From an uncultured Verrucomicrobiae bacterium (GTDB lineage: Bacteria; Verrucomicrobiota; Verrucomicrobiia; Chthoniobacterales; JAFAMB01): a stretch of 64,000 bases of DNA. Position 1 is the first letter of the stretch. Each line of letters starts with the position of its first letter. Under the pieces are notes generated by a model. It saw only the letters and a program-made list of their open reading frames with translations. It did not search any database and had not been told where the DNA came from. Made by a program: the position numbers and the translations under genes. This document shows positions 40,925-50,383 of this stretch, piece after piece. Location of the stretch: assembly GCA_963837955.1 (NCBI GenBank), contig CAWIPH010000002.1, positions 928,001 to 992,000 of the forward strand, read 5' to 3'.

Positions 40925-42049
40925 ATGTGCGCTAGATTCGCATGGGCCACTTTTGTTGTTAGTTTTTCGCTCTTTCTCAACTCATCGGCTAACGCGGAGA
41001 TCAAAGTCGGGGTAGTAACTTGTCTCTCGGGGAGCTTATCCACCTTTGGAGTTTCTAGCGTGCAAGGAGCAAGATTGGCTGCCGAGGAAATCAACGCTGC
41101 CGGCGGCATTCTCCATCAACCTCTGACGCTGATCGTTGACGATAATCAGTCGAAGTCGGGGGAAACGGGCAGAATTGTCCGAAAGTTTCTAACTCAAGAT
41201 CACGTCGTTGCCATTCTTGGTGATCTAACTTCGTCGTTTACCATGGAGGCGGCCCCCCTGGCTCAGAACGCGCATATTCCGCTGCTGACCCCGACCGCCA
41301 CTAATACGGCGATCACGCCGATCGGCAATTTCATCTTCCGGAGTTGTTTCACCGATCCATTCACCGGGCATATGATGGCACGATTTGCGCTGGATCGTCT
41401 GAAAGCTCGGCGAGCGGTCATCATGACCGATATCAAACAGGATTACAGCGTGGGAGTTACCGACGCATTGAAACAATATTTTAGCGGCAATGGTGGACAA
41501 GTGCTGGAAGATCTATCATTCAGCAGCGGCGACACCGATTTTAGGGCCCAACTCACCAAGCTAAAGGCGGCTCGACCGGAGGTGGTGTTCTTGCCAGCCT
41601 ATTATCCAGAAGTTGGTCTGATTTTGCGACAAGCTCGTCTTCTCGGAGTGACCGTTCCGTTTCTGGGCGGCGAGGGCTGGGGTAGTCCTGTGTTGGTCCA
41701 GATCGCCGGGAAAAGTGCCGACGGGAGCTTTTATACGGACCACTTCGCGGCGGATGATACCGACCCGCGGGTGCAGCAATTTGTCGCTACCTATGAAAAT
41801 AAATATCACTCTCGTCCCGATGCACTCGCAGCGCTCTGGTACGATGGGACGCGATTGATGGCAGAATCGATCGAACGAGCTGGTTCTGATAACTCGGAAA
41901 AGATTCGCGATACATTAGCCCAAACCAGGGACTTTCCCGGAGTGACCGGAAACATCTCGCTGGACGACCAACGAAACGCTACTAAACCTGGCGTAATTCT
42001 GACTATTCAGGGGGGAGCAATCAAGATGGTGGAAAGAGTCATGCCCTAG
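40925..42049 (+). CDS. Second LivJ/K-type binding protein (paralog)
   Basis: IKVGVVTCLSG, INAAGGI, FRSCFTD, DFRAQL, GGEGW. Confidence 0.92.
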   Translation: MCARFAWATFVVSFSLFLNSSANAEIKVGVVTCLSGSLSTFGVSSVQGARLAAEEINAAGGILHQPLTLIVDDNQSKSGETGRIVRKFLTQDHVVAILGDLTSSFTMEAAPLAQNAHIPLLTPTATNTAITPIGNFIFRSCFTDPFTGHMMARFALDRLKARRAVIMTDIKQDYSVGVTDALKQYFSGNGGQVLEDLSFSSGDTDFRAQLTKLKAARPEVVFLPAYYPEVGLILRQARLLGVTVPFLGGEGWGSPVLVQIAGKSADGSFYTDHFAADDTDPRVQQFVATYENKYHSRPDALAALWYDGTRLMAESIERAGSDNSEKIRDTLAQTRDFPGVTGNISLDDQRNATKPGVILTIQGGAIKMVERVMP

Positions 42050-42073
42050 CGCGGCAATCTTGAACCAAGCAAG

Positions 42074-43024
42074 ATGGACCAAATTATCCTTTTTATACAA
42101 CAGCTGTTCAATGGATTGTCGCTTGGTTCGATCTATGCCTTGATCGCACTGGGTTATACGATGGTCTATGGCGTGTTGCGATTCATCAACTTCGCTCACG
42201 GCGACGTTTACATGTTGGGGGCGTTCTCCGGATTTCTGATCGCACCGGCAATATCCAAGTTCATTCCATTGGATAAGTTCGAAGAATTCACGCCAGGGAA
42301 TACGTTACTCATCATTAGCGGCGCCGCCTTAGTGATGATCATTTCCATGTTGGTCTGTGCCGTGACCGGCGTTCTTATCGAGAGAATCGCGTATCGACCT
42401 TTGCGGGATCGACCCCGCCTGACGGTGTTGATCACGGCGATTGGGGTTTCTCTGTTTATTCAAAACATGACCCAATTCTTCTTTGGACCGCAACCGCGAG
42501 CGTTTCCTCAGTTGATCCCCACCGAGGCGATACCCGGTTTAGGGGACCTGACGGTGCTAACCACCCAGGCTGCCATTATTCTCTCCACCGTCGTGCTGCT
42601 CATTGTTCTCCATTTCATCGTTACGAAAACGAAAATGGGATTGGCTATGCGCGCCTTATCAGTCAATCCGACGGCCTGTTCGCTCATGGGAGTTAACAAC
42701 GATGTCGTGATCTCCTTCACTTTTGCGCTCGGTTCAGCTCTCGCTGCTGCGGCAGGTATTTTGGTGTCGATGGATTCTCCTTCCATCTCGCCAATGATGG
42801 GTAATCTACCAGGCATCAAAGCGTTCGTGGCAGCGGTTCTCGGTGGGATCGGAAATATTCCAGGCGCCGCAATTGGTGGCTTGATTATCGGAGTCTTGGA
42901 AACACTAGTGGTAGGCTACTTGCGTCCGGAGTTGCGCGACGCGATTGCGTTTGCGGTCTTGATAGTGATTCTCCTGTTCAAACCAACCGGAATCTTAGGA
43001 AGAGTCGAACGAGAAAAAGTATGA
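42074..43024 (+). CDS. livH: Branched-chain amino acid ABC permease
   Basis: GSIYALIALGYTMVYGVLRFINFAHG, KAFVAAVLGGIG. Confidence 0.95.
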   Translation: MDQIILFIQQLFNGLSLGSIYALIALGYTMVYGVLRFINFAHGDVYMLGAFSGFLIAPAISKFIPLDKFEEFTPGNTLLIISGAALVMIISMLVCAVTGVLIERIAYRPLRDRPRLTVLITAIGVSLFIQNMTQFFFGPQPRAFPQLIPTEAIPGLGDLTVLTTQAAIILSTVVLLIVLHFIVTKTKMGLAMRALSVNPTACSLMGVNNDVVISFTFALGSALAAAAGILVSMDSPSISPMMGNLPGIKAFVAAVLGGIGNIPGAAIGGLIIGVLETLVVGYLRPELRDAIAFAVLIVILLFKPTGILGRVEREKV

Positions 43025-44082
43025 GCAAAGCGCGCCTCCTACTTGGCTTGTCATTAGTCGCTTTGCTGGTTTTCAGCCTTTTCGGAGAGTCACTAGTCGT
43101 AACTCGGTATGCTTACTACTACGACATTTTCATCAATATCGGCATTAACATCATCCTGGCGGTGAGCCTGAACTTAGTGAATGGCTACACTGGCCAGTTC
43201 TCACTTGGGCATGCCGGTTTTATGGCGGTTGGCGCCTATGCGGCGGCCAGCTGGTCGAATCATCTCGACCCTTTTATCCTGCAATGTTTTGGCGGAAACC
43301 AAAATGGATTCGCCACGAATGTGGCTCTGCTTTTATCGATGAGTTTTGGTGGCCTATTGGCAGCAATTGCGGGGATCGCGGTTGGTATTCCTTCGTTGCG
43401 ACTGAAAGGCGATTATCTAGCCATCGTCACGTTGGGATTCGGTGAGATTATTCGAACCGCAATCTTGAACACCGATTTTCTCGGCGCAGCTCGTGGACTG
43501 CGAGTTACCGGCTATTACACCAACTTTTTCTGGACCTTCGGGACGGCCGCGGTCGCGATTTATGTTGTTCTAGGCATCGTCAATTCCACGTTTGGACGCG
43601 GATTTTTAACGGTCCGGGACGATGAGATTGCCGCCGAAGCAATGGGCATCAATTCCACCAAGTACAAAGTGCTGGCTTTCGTAATCGGTGCGCTTTTTGC
43701 CGGGATGGCGGGCGCTTTGTTTGGTCATTTCAACCTGTTTCTTACCCCGGACGGATTTAACTTCTTTAAGTCAGTGGACGTCGTCGTGATGGTGATCCTC
43801 GGCGGAATGGGTAGTACCACCGGAGTTATCCTCGCTGCGATTATTTTGACAATTTTGCCGGAAATCCTCCGTGCGTTAGCGCATACCGATTTTATTTCGG
43901 CTTTCCAAGGTGCTCTCGAGTCCGTCGTAAAGATTCATTTGCCGCCGTTGCAGGGCCTGTTGGAAAACAGGATCATTCTCTACTCAGTGCTCCTGATCAT
44001 CATGATGCTCACGAGACCGCAAGGCCTCTTCGGCGATTTAGCTGGTTCCAGAAAGAGAGTGAAGAGCGAATCCCATGGCTAA
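43021..44082 (+). CDS. livM: Branched-chain amino acid ABC permease
   Basis: GYTGQFSLGHAGF, LRLKGDYLAIVTLGFGEI, RPQGLFG. Confidence 0.95.
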   Translation: MSKARLLLGLSLVALLVFSLFGESLVVTRYAYYYDIFINIGINIILAVSLNLVNGYTGQFSLGHAGFMAVGAYAAASWSNHLDPFILQCFGGNQNGFATNVALLLSMSFGGLLAAIAGIAVGIPSLRLKGDYLAIVTLGFGEIIRTAILNTDFLGAARGLRVTGYYTNFFWTFGTAAVAIYVVLGIVNSTFGRGFLTVRDDEIAAEAMGINSTKYKVLAFVIGALFAGMAGALFGHFNLFLTPDGFNFFKSVDVVVMVILGGMGSTTGVILAAIILTILPEILRALAHTDFISAFQGALESVVKIHLPPLQGLLENRIILYSVLLIIMMLTRPQGLFGDLAGSRKRVKSESHG

Positions 44083-44094
44083 CGCATTTCTCTC

Positions 44095-44895
44095 ATGAAA
44101 GAGGGCCCAAGTCTGCTGCGCCTGGATCATTGCACGATTCGTTTTGGCGGGTTAACCGCTGTTTCGGATTTTGTTTTAGAAATTGGCAGCCGCGAGTTGG
44201 TAGGACTGATCGGACCGAACGGCGCCGGCAAAACAACTATCTTTAATCTGATAACAGGCGTGTACCAACCGACATCGGGTCAGATCATTTTTGCCGACGA
44301 ATCGCTGAATGGCCTCAAACCGTTCCAGATCACCGCAAAAGGGATCGCACGTACTTTTCAGAACATTCGCCTTTTTCCTTCGCTGACGGTTTTCGATAAT
44401 GTTCGCGCGGCCTTCAATCTTCGTATCAAGCATGGTCCGACTCATGCCTTGACCCGAGGACCGAAGTTTCGGGAGGAGGAAAAACAGGTTGAGCACGAAA
44501 CGATGGAGTTGCTTAAAATCTTTAACCTCGATCGCTTTCGCGATGCGATGTGCAAAAGCCTTCCTTACGGCGACCAACGTCGCTTGGAGATCGTTCGCGC
44601 CCTGGCAACCCGACCCCGATTGTTGCTCTTGGACGAGCCGGCCGCAGGGATGAATCCAACCGAAAAGGGAACGCTCATGCGGTTGATCGAATTCATTCAA
44701 GAGCGTTTCAATATCTCAGTCCTGCTGGTCGAGCATGATATGCGCGTAGTCATGGGGATTTGTCAGCGGATCTGTGTTTTAGACCATGGCGTCAAGATTG
44801 CCGAAGATTTACCTGAAGTTATCCGGAAGGATCCCAAAGTCATCCAAGCTTACCTCGGTGAGGAAAAGAAGCCGGAACCTAAAACGGAAAGTTAA
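44095..44895 (+). CDS. livG: Branched-chain amino acid ABC ATPase
   Basis: [32 protein letters not shown]. Confidence 0.95.
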   Translation: MKEGPSLLRLDHCTIRFGGLTAVSDFVLEIGSRELVGLIGPNGAGKTTIFNLITGVYQPTSGQIIFADESLNGLKPFQITAKGIARTFQNIRLFPSLTVFDNVRAAFNLRIKHGPTHALTRGPKFREEEKQVEHETMELLKIFNLDRFRDAMCKSLPYGDQRRLEIVRALATRPRLLLLDEPAAGMNPTEKGTLMRLIEFIQERFNISVLLVEHDMRVVMGICQRICVLDHGVKIAEDLPEVIRKDPKVIQAYLGEEKKPEPKTES

Positions 44896-44930
44896 GAGTG
44901 CATTAGGTCGTCCAATCGAGAAAAGAGCGA

Positions 44931-45638
44931 ATGTTGGAAATCAAGAGCTTGGAAGTTGCCTATGGTTCAATCACGGCCTTGCACGGGATTAATCTACGGG
45001 TCGAGAAAGGCAAAATCATAACGCTAATAGGCAGTAACGGCGCCGGGAAATCGACCACCTTACGAGCTGTTTCTGGATTGATGAAAGCACGCGCGGGTAA
45101 GGTTTTTCTGGAGGGAGCGGAAATCACCAACCAACCGCCGCATAGAATTGTCGGGCTTGGAGTCATCCAGGTACCGGAAGGGAGGATGATCTTTCCGAAT
45201 CTCACGGTGGTAGAGAATCTGCGGATGGGTGCCTATCGGCGCCTTGGTAAAGAATCGTTGAAGCCCGACTATGAATACGTTTTCGCGATTTTTCCGCGCT
45301 TGAAGGAACGGGAGAAGCAACTAGGCGGAACGCTCAGCGGCGGGGAACAACAAATGTTGGCGATCGGCCGCGCGCTGCTCAGTAAGCCGCGCTATCTCAT
45401 GTTAGACGAACCCTCACTTGGGATTGCGCCCATTTTGGTAAAAACGATCTTTGAAAAGATCGTCGAAATCAATCGCCGGCTCGGCATTACGATATTGCTG
45501 GTCGAACAAAACGCTAATTTGGCTCTCGAAATCTCCGACTACGGTTATGTATTGGAGACCGGTCGAGTCATTTTGGAAGATCGCGCGAGGGATTTGCGAA
45601 CAAACAAGCTTGTTCTCGAATCTTATCTGGGAGCTTAG
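44931..45638 (+). CDS. livF: Branched-chain amino acid ABC ATPase
   Basis: GSNGAGKST, VPEGR, LSGGEQQMLAIGR, VEQNA. Confidence 0.95.
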   Translation: MLEIKSLEVAYGSITALHGINLRVEKGKIITLIGSNGAGKSTTLRAVSGLMKARAGKVFLEGAEITNQPPHRIVGLGVIQVPEGRMIFPNLTVVENLRMGAYRRLGKESLKPDYEYVFAIFPRLKEREKQLGGTLSGGEQQMLAIGRALLSKPRYLMLDEPSLGIAPILVKTIFEKIVEINRRLGITILLVEQNANLALEISDYGYVLETGRVILEDRARDLRTNKLVLESYLGA

Positions 45639-45646
45639 CCCCGATC

Positions 45647-46074
45647 GGTAGGGCGAAAGCCTGATACCGTCTCAGCGGGATCGGCTTGAGCCGTTGTGAC
45701 TGTACCCAAGATGTTGTCGGTGGCCGAAGACTAACAGCCCACCCAAGGAAGGCCAAATCGGGGCCCATTCCACACAACGGCTCAAACCCGGCGCGGACCG
45801 CGTGACAAACCTGGCAACGTTTCCAGCGCGCCGAGGTTTTCGCCCTACCAGCGCTGGGCCACCACCCACGATCGGTAGGGCGAAAGCCTGATACCGTCTC
45901 AGCGGGATCGGCTTGAGCCGTTGTGGCTGTACCCAAGGTGCTGTCGACGGCCGAAGACTCATCACCCACCCAAGAAAGACGCATCAGGGACCATTCAACA
46001 CAATGGCTCAAACCCGGCGCGGACCACCCAACAAACATCGCAATGATCCAGCGCGCCGAGCTTTTCGCCCTACC
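45647..46074 (+). repeat. Two tandem family-A GTAG REPIN-like elements (45647-45849 and 45874-46074)
   Basis: Both start GGTAGGGCGAAAGCCTGATACCGTCTCAGCGGGATCGGCTTGAGCCGTTGTG and end CGCGCCGAG.TTTTCGCCCTACC. Confidence 0.92.
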
Positions 46075-46120
46075 GATACCGTTAACCGGCGCCGCGCGAG
46101 AAAAAATCTGTGGCAAGGAG

Positions 46121-46162
46121 ACGATGAACCGTGAACCGTGAACGGCTAACCTCTAACCGCCA
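46121..46162. repeat. Degenerate heptamer tandem repeat
   Basis: acgatga accgtga accgtga acggcta acctcta accgcca. Confidence 0.6.
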
Positions 46163-46174
46163 ATCTTCCGCCCA

Positions 46175-48166
46175 ATGCCCCGCGATTACCAACTGCACAG
46201 ACTGCCCTCGGTTAGTACCAGCACCATCGATTATCGCGCTGAACTGAACGATCAACAGTATGAAGCCGTCACCTCGGGACCGGGCCCGGCACTCGTACTT
46301 GCCGGGGCCGGGAGCGGAAAGACTCGGACGCTTACCTATCGGGTCGCGTGGCTGCTCGATAACGGCGTCGAACCGCAGAGTATCCTGCTTCTCACTTTTA
46401 CAAACAAGGCTGCTCGCGAAATGCTTGCTCGCGTCCAGGCGTTGCTCCCACTGGAGACCCGGGCGATTTGGGGTGGGACATTTCACTCGATCGGCAACCG
46501 GTTGCTGCGCCGGCACGCAGTAGAAATCGGGTTTCGACCCGGTTTTTCGATTATGGATCGCGAAGATCAGGAGGATCTATTGGCTGCGGTCGTTGCCAGT
46601 TCGGAAATCGATACGAAGCAAGTCAGATTCCCGACGGCCGAGGTGCTGGGCGACATATTTAGCTTCGCCCTGAATACCGGCCAACCTTTAGCAGGGGTTA
46701 TCGCTGATCGATATCGGCGCTTCCAACCGCTCACTCAGCAAATTGCTTGGGTGCAAAAAAAGTACGAGGAGCGCAAGCAAGCTGCGAACGCGATGGATTT
46801 CGACGACCTGCTGGTGAAGACAGTCGGCTTGCTGAAAGGAAATCCGGGCGTTGCGGAACACTACCAGCGCTATTTTCAATTCATTTTGGTCGACGAGTAC
46901 CAGGATACCAATCGGCTCCAGTCCGATTTCATCGATCTGTTAGCCGCGCATCACCAGAGCGTCATGGTCGTAGGGGACGATGCCCAGTCGATCTACTCGT
47001 GGCGAGGAGCAAATTATCAAAACATTCTCGATTTTCCCAAGCGGTATCCTCAGACCAAAATCTACAAAATTGAGATCAACTACCGCAGTGTGCCAGAGGT
47101 CCTATCGGTGGCAAATGCCGCCATCCGCGGGAACGCGAAACAATTCGTTAAGACGCTTCGAGCGGAGCGGGCGAGCACCGAGCTCAAACCAGCGCTGGTT
47201 CCGCTCATTGATAACAATCAACAGGCTCTCTTTGTTGCCCAGCGGATCCTAGAACTGCGGGATGAAAACATCGATCTTCGAGAGATTGCGGTCCTTTATC
47301 GCGCACACTATCAGTCGCTCGAAGTACAATTGGCGCTGACCCGGGCGGGGATTCCATTCTCCATAACGAGTGGCTTACGATTCTTCGAACAGGCCCATAT
47401 CAAAGATGTGGCCGCATTCATGAAATTTGTCATTAACCCAACCGACGAGATTGCCTTTAAACGGATGGCGCGGTTGCTGCCGGGCATCGCTACTAAAACT
47501 GCCGAGCGGTTATGGGAACAGCTTACCGTTATCCCGGAGGAAGGTCGCAAGAACTTTGGGGCGTGGCTGGCAAATGGGAAAGTGGCGCCAAAGTCCCAAA
47601 GGAGTTGGGAGCAACTGGGTCATACTTTGGACGAAATTGCTCCCGACGGGCAACCGGTCGCACCGGCCACTATGATTCATAGCATCTTGGAGGCGCTTTA
47701 TGATGATTATCTTCAGTCGAAATATGCCAACTATGAACAACGCCGAGATGATCTGCTGACGCTGGAGAATTTTGCGCGGACGTTTCAAGATCCCGTGGAG
47801 TTCCTAAGTCAGCTTTCTTTGATGGCGACAGCCAGCAGCGAAACCGTCGCGGCCGAAGAAGATGAATCGGAAAAGGTGACGCTCTCAACTGTCCATCAGG
47901 CCAAGGGCTTGGAGTGGCGGGCAGTCTTCATCATTTGGATGACCGATGGCATGTTTCCGAGCGGACGGTCGCTGGACTCGGTAGAAGCGATCGAGGAAGA
48001 GCGAAGGCTCTTTTACGTCGCTTTAACGCGAGCAAAAGACGAGCTCTACCTTACCTATCCTTGCTGTTGGCCCACCGGATCGATCGAGCAGCAGATCCAG
48101 CGACCCTCCCGTTTTCTTAAAGAAGTTCCCTCGGAGCTTTTTGAAGAATGGCGAGTGGGCTTTTGA
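46175..48166 (+). CDS. UvrD/PcrA-family ATP-dependent DNA helicase
   Basis: AGAGSGKT, TFTNKAA, VDEYQD, VGDDAQSIYSWRGA, NYRS, TVHQAKGLEW, EERRLFYVALTRA. Confidence 0.95.
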   Translation: MPRDYQLHRLPSVSTSTIDYRAELNDQQYEAVTSGPGPALVLAGAGSGKTRTLTYRVAWLLDNGVEPQSILLLTFTNKAAREMLARVQALLPLETRAIWGGTFHSIGNRLLRRHAVEIGFRPGFSIMDREDQEDLLAAVVASSEIDTKQVRFPTAEVLGDIFSFALNTGQPLAGVIADRYRRFQPLTQQIAWVQKKYEERKQAANAMDFDDLLVKTVGLLKGNPGVAEHYQRYFQFILVDEYQDTNRLQSDFIDLLAAHHQSVMVVGDDAQSIYSWRGANYQNILDFPKRYPQTKIYKIEINYRSVPEVLSVANAAIRGNAKQFVKTLRAERASTELKPALVPLIDNNQQALFVAQRILELRDENIDLREIAVLYRAHYQSLEVQLALTRAGIPFSITSGLRFFEQAHIKDVAAFMKFVINPTDEIAFKRMARLLPGIATKTAERLWEQLTVIPEEGRKNFGAWLANGKVAPKSQRSWEQLGHTLDEIAPDGQPVAPATMIHSILEALYDDYLQSKYANYEQRRDDLLTLENFARTFQDPVEFLSQLSLMATASSETVAAEEDESEKVTLSTVHQAKGLEWRAVFIIWMTDGMFPSGRSLDSVEAIEEERRLFYVALTRAKDELYLTYPCCWPTGSIEQQIQRPSRFLKEVPSELFEEWRVGF

Positions 48167-48240
48167 CGGCGCGGGGCCAACTTGTTACTGTCGTTTTGGC
48201 GCACCGTCGAAAAACCGGCGCGTCTTGTGTTTAGTCCGAA

Positions 48241-49278
48241 GTGAAGCGGTACATACGAGCAATTTACGCCCCCGTGGTAGGCGTTCCCTGGAGCAATCAG
48301 GAGCTTTTCAACGCAATCCAAACTTCGTTAGAACGTTGGCTGGACGCGCAGGAGAGGAAGACCTTGCTGGATCTGATCCGCCTATTTTTGATCGGTTCGC
48401 GGAGCCGTTACGTCCAGTGCCCTGATTTCTTGGATTTCAATTCTTTTGAAGACCACGCTAGAGCCTTCGATAGTGCCGCGGAAGATTCGCTTCGGGGATT
48501 GGCTGTTGAGGTTGCCAAGAATGGACCCGCTCAGTTTGATGCGGTTATCGCGGTATCGAGCACCGGCTTGTCAATGCCCGGTTTAGCCGACCGGACAGCG
48601 AACATTGTCCGAGATCGCGTGAGTCGGCACGCGATCTTACTCGATGTGGCTAATGCGGGTTGTACCGGCAGTTCGCGGGCGCTTCAGATTGGGGCGAACT
48701 TAGGACCGGAAGTTCGAGACATCCTCATCGTTGTCGTAGAACCAACTTCGACTCTAGCCGATCCCAGATCGTTGGAACGAGCGAATTGGCAAGGTATTTG
48801 TACCTTCGGAGATGGAGCAGCCGGCCTTTGGTTATCATCCGAGCCAGGTACCGGCGCGGCCCAGCTGGAGAATATTGTTTCCTGGCACGGTAATGAACCA
48901 GACCTGATCCGGTGGGAAAAAGGATCTAACTACTATCGATTTGGATTAACTGACCCGGATGCATTTGAAAAGAGTGTGCGACGCGAAATCCTTGAGGCGA
49001 GCGCCCAAATCGGTTGGAACAAAAAGGCCGGCTCGCTCTGTGCAGTCCACCCCGCCGGAATCATGCTCTTGCTGAGCTTAGCCAAGAAGCTTGAGCTTGA
49101 TCGTGCTACGCTGGAGCCCTCGATTCGGCATTTTAGAACTTTTTCCAATATGAGCAGCGCGAGCATCTTACACATTTTGCACGAGCTGTTGACTATCGCT
49201 CATTCCGGCCAAGAAGTTCGCTGGTTAACTATGGGAACGGGATTTCATGTGGTTTATGGCCTTTGTACCAAACTTTAA
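48241..49278 (+). CDS. Type III polyketide synthase-like protein (chalcone synthase superfamily)
   Basis: Cys-His-Asn triad in AGCTGS, AVHPAG and SNMSSAS; also FGDGAA and MGTGF. Confidence 0.8.
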   Translation: MKRYIRAIYAPVVGVPWSNQELFNAIQTSLERWLDAQERKTLLDLIRLFLIGSRSRYVQCPDFLDFNSFEDHARAFDSAAEDSLRGLAVEVAKNGPAQFDAVIAVSSTGLSMPGLADRTANIVRDRVSRHAILLDVANAGCTGSSRALQIGANLGPEVRDILIVVVEPTSTLADPRSLERANWQGICTFGDGAAGLWLSSEPGTGAAQLENIVSWHGNEPDLIRWEKGSNYYRFGLTDPDAFEKSVRREILEASAQIGWNKKAGSLCAVHPAGIMLLLSLAKKLELDRATLEPSIRHFRTFSNMSSASILHILHELLTIAHSGQEVRWLTMGTGFHVVYGLCTKL

Positions 49279-49287
49279 GGGCCAAAT

Positions 49288-49557
49288 ATGATTCAACGAG
49301 AAGCCGTTCTCGCGGCTATGAAAGAGTTCATTACCGCCCATTTCCCGACGGTTCCGGCGGACCGAATCGAGTCGCTGTGTGCCGGCGACGTAATCAGGCA
49401 GAGCCTTGAGCTGGTGGAATTTGTGTTGCACTTGGAAGAGCGGCTCGGAGTCGAAGTAAACATCAATCAACTTGGCGAGAACCTCATTGTGCAAAACTTT
49501 GGTAGTTTGGCGGACGAGCTGGTAAGGCTCTCGGCCGGCGATGGACGTGGAGGGTGA
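49288..49557 (+). CDS. Acyl carrier protein-like protein
   Basis: 89 aa, acidic; IRQSLELVEFVLHLEERLGVEV matches the DSL..ve....lE..fgv ACP pattern with the Ser attachment site. Confidence 0.75.
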   Translation: MIQREAVLAAMKEFITAHFPTVPADRIESLCAGDVIRQSLELVEFVLHLEERLGVEVNINQLGENLIVQNFGSLADELVRLSAGDGRGG

Positions 49558-49573
49558 GGCGATTCCCTTGAAG

Positions 49574-49766
49574 GGTAGGGCGAAGGCCTGAGGCGGTATC
49601 AGCCGCGTCGGCTTGAGCCGCTTCTCTGCCGCCGTCTCGATTTATCCATATTCATCCTGCGCTAACAAATGGACCAATAAGGTTGGGATACACGCGGCTC
49701 AAACCCGGCGCGATTCACACAACAGACCCTGCAGCGCTTCTAACGCGCCGAGGTTTTCTCCCTACC
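49574..49766 (+). repeat. Family-A GTAG REPIN-like element
   Basis: GGTAGGGCGAAGGCCTGAGGCGGTATCAGCCGCGTCGGCTTGAGCCGC...GCGGCTCAAACCCGGCGCG...CGCGCCGAGGTTTTCTCCCTACC. Confidence 0.88.
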
Positions 49767-49852
49767 GACGTTGGACGTTTCTGCAATACCGGGGCGCAAT
49801 TAATTGCTTGCGTCCGAGAGGTTCTCCCATATCTTCACCACTCCTGAGAACT

Positions 49853-50113
49853 ATGGCCACGAGTGAAAATATTGATCTGAGCGCGTTTCGGTTGCACGAT
49901 AAGGACACCGGTAGTGCGGATGTCCAAGTTGCACTGCTGACTGGTCGGATTAATCTGCTGACCGAACACCTGAAAGGGAATCGGAAAGACCATTCCTCGC
50001 GGAGGGGTTTGTTGAAGTTGGTGGCAACACGCAGGAGCCTGCTCGACTACCTGAAACGGGAGTCGGAAGACCGCTACAAATCGGTAATCGAAAAGCTCAA
50101 CCTGCGTAAGTAA
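49853..50113 (+). CDS. rpsO: 30S ribosomal protein S15
   Basis: [32 protein letters not shown] at 49853. Confidence 0.97.
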   Translation: MATSENIDLSAFRLHDKDTGSADVQVALLTGRINLLTEHLKGNRKDHSSRRGLLKLVATRRSLLDYLKRESEDRYKSVIEKLNLRK

Positions 50114-50122
50114 ATGAACATG

Positions 50123-50148
50123 AGAGCCGTCCGGTCGGACGGCTTTTT
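50123..50148 (+). terminator. Intrinsic terminator after rpsO
   Basis: AGAGCCGTCC-ggtc-GGACGGCTTTTT. Confidence 0.7.
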
Positions 50149-50383
50149 GCTGAACGGCTCTATTCTCCGGTCGGGAGACAGCTCTACCTGTCGCCGGGTT
50201 TGGTCGCTATTGGACGTTCGACCTATCAGCAACTGGCGTTTCGACGAAAGTCGAGCGACATTTCGAACGATATTCTCGAGGTCTTCCGAATGGCGACCTT
50301 GGTCTTAGGTCTGAGCCGCGCCTGTGCGCGCGGTTCTGACCTACGAGCAAAGGTCGACGCGGAAACTCGAGAGCTTTGATAAA

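Noticed and set aside
45647..46074. Possible CRISPR array (repeat-variable-repeat)
   Set aside because: Only two ~200-bp units with homologous interiors and inverted termini; no 25-40 bp repeat-spacer periodicity and no cas genes.
45568..46141. ORFs sharing the peptide QPQRLKPIPLRRYQAFALP (also at 6220..6405) that look like a repeated small-protein family
   Set aside because: They are translations of the family-A REP elements, with no consistent start, RBS or frame.
49613..49852. N-terminal extension of S15 in the 166-aa ORF call
   Set aside because: The extension runs through a REP element; the real start is the ATG at 49853.
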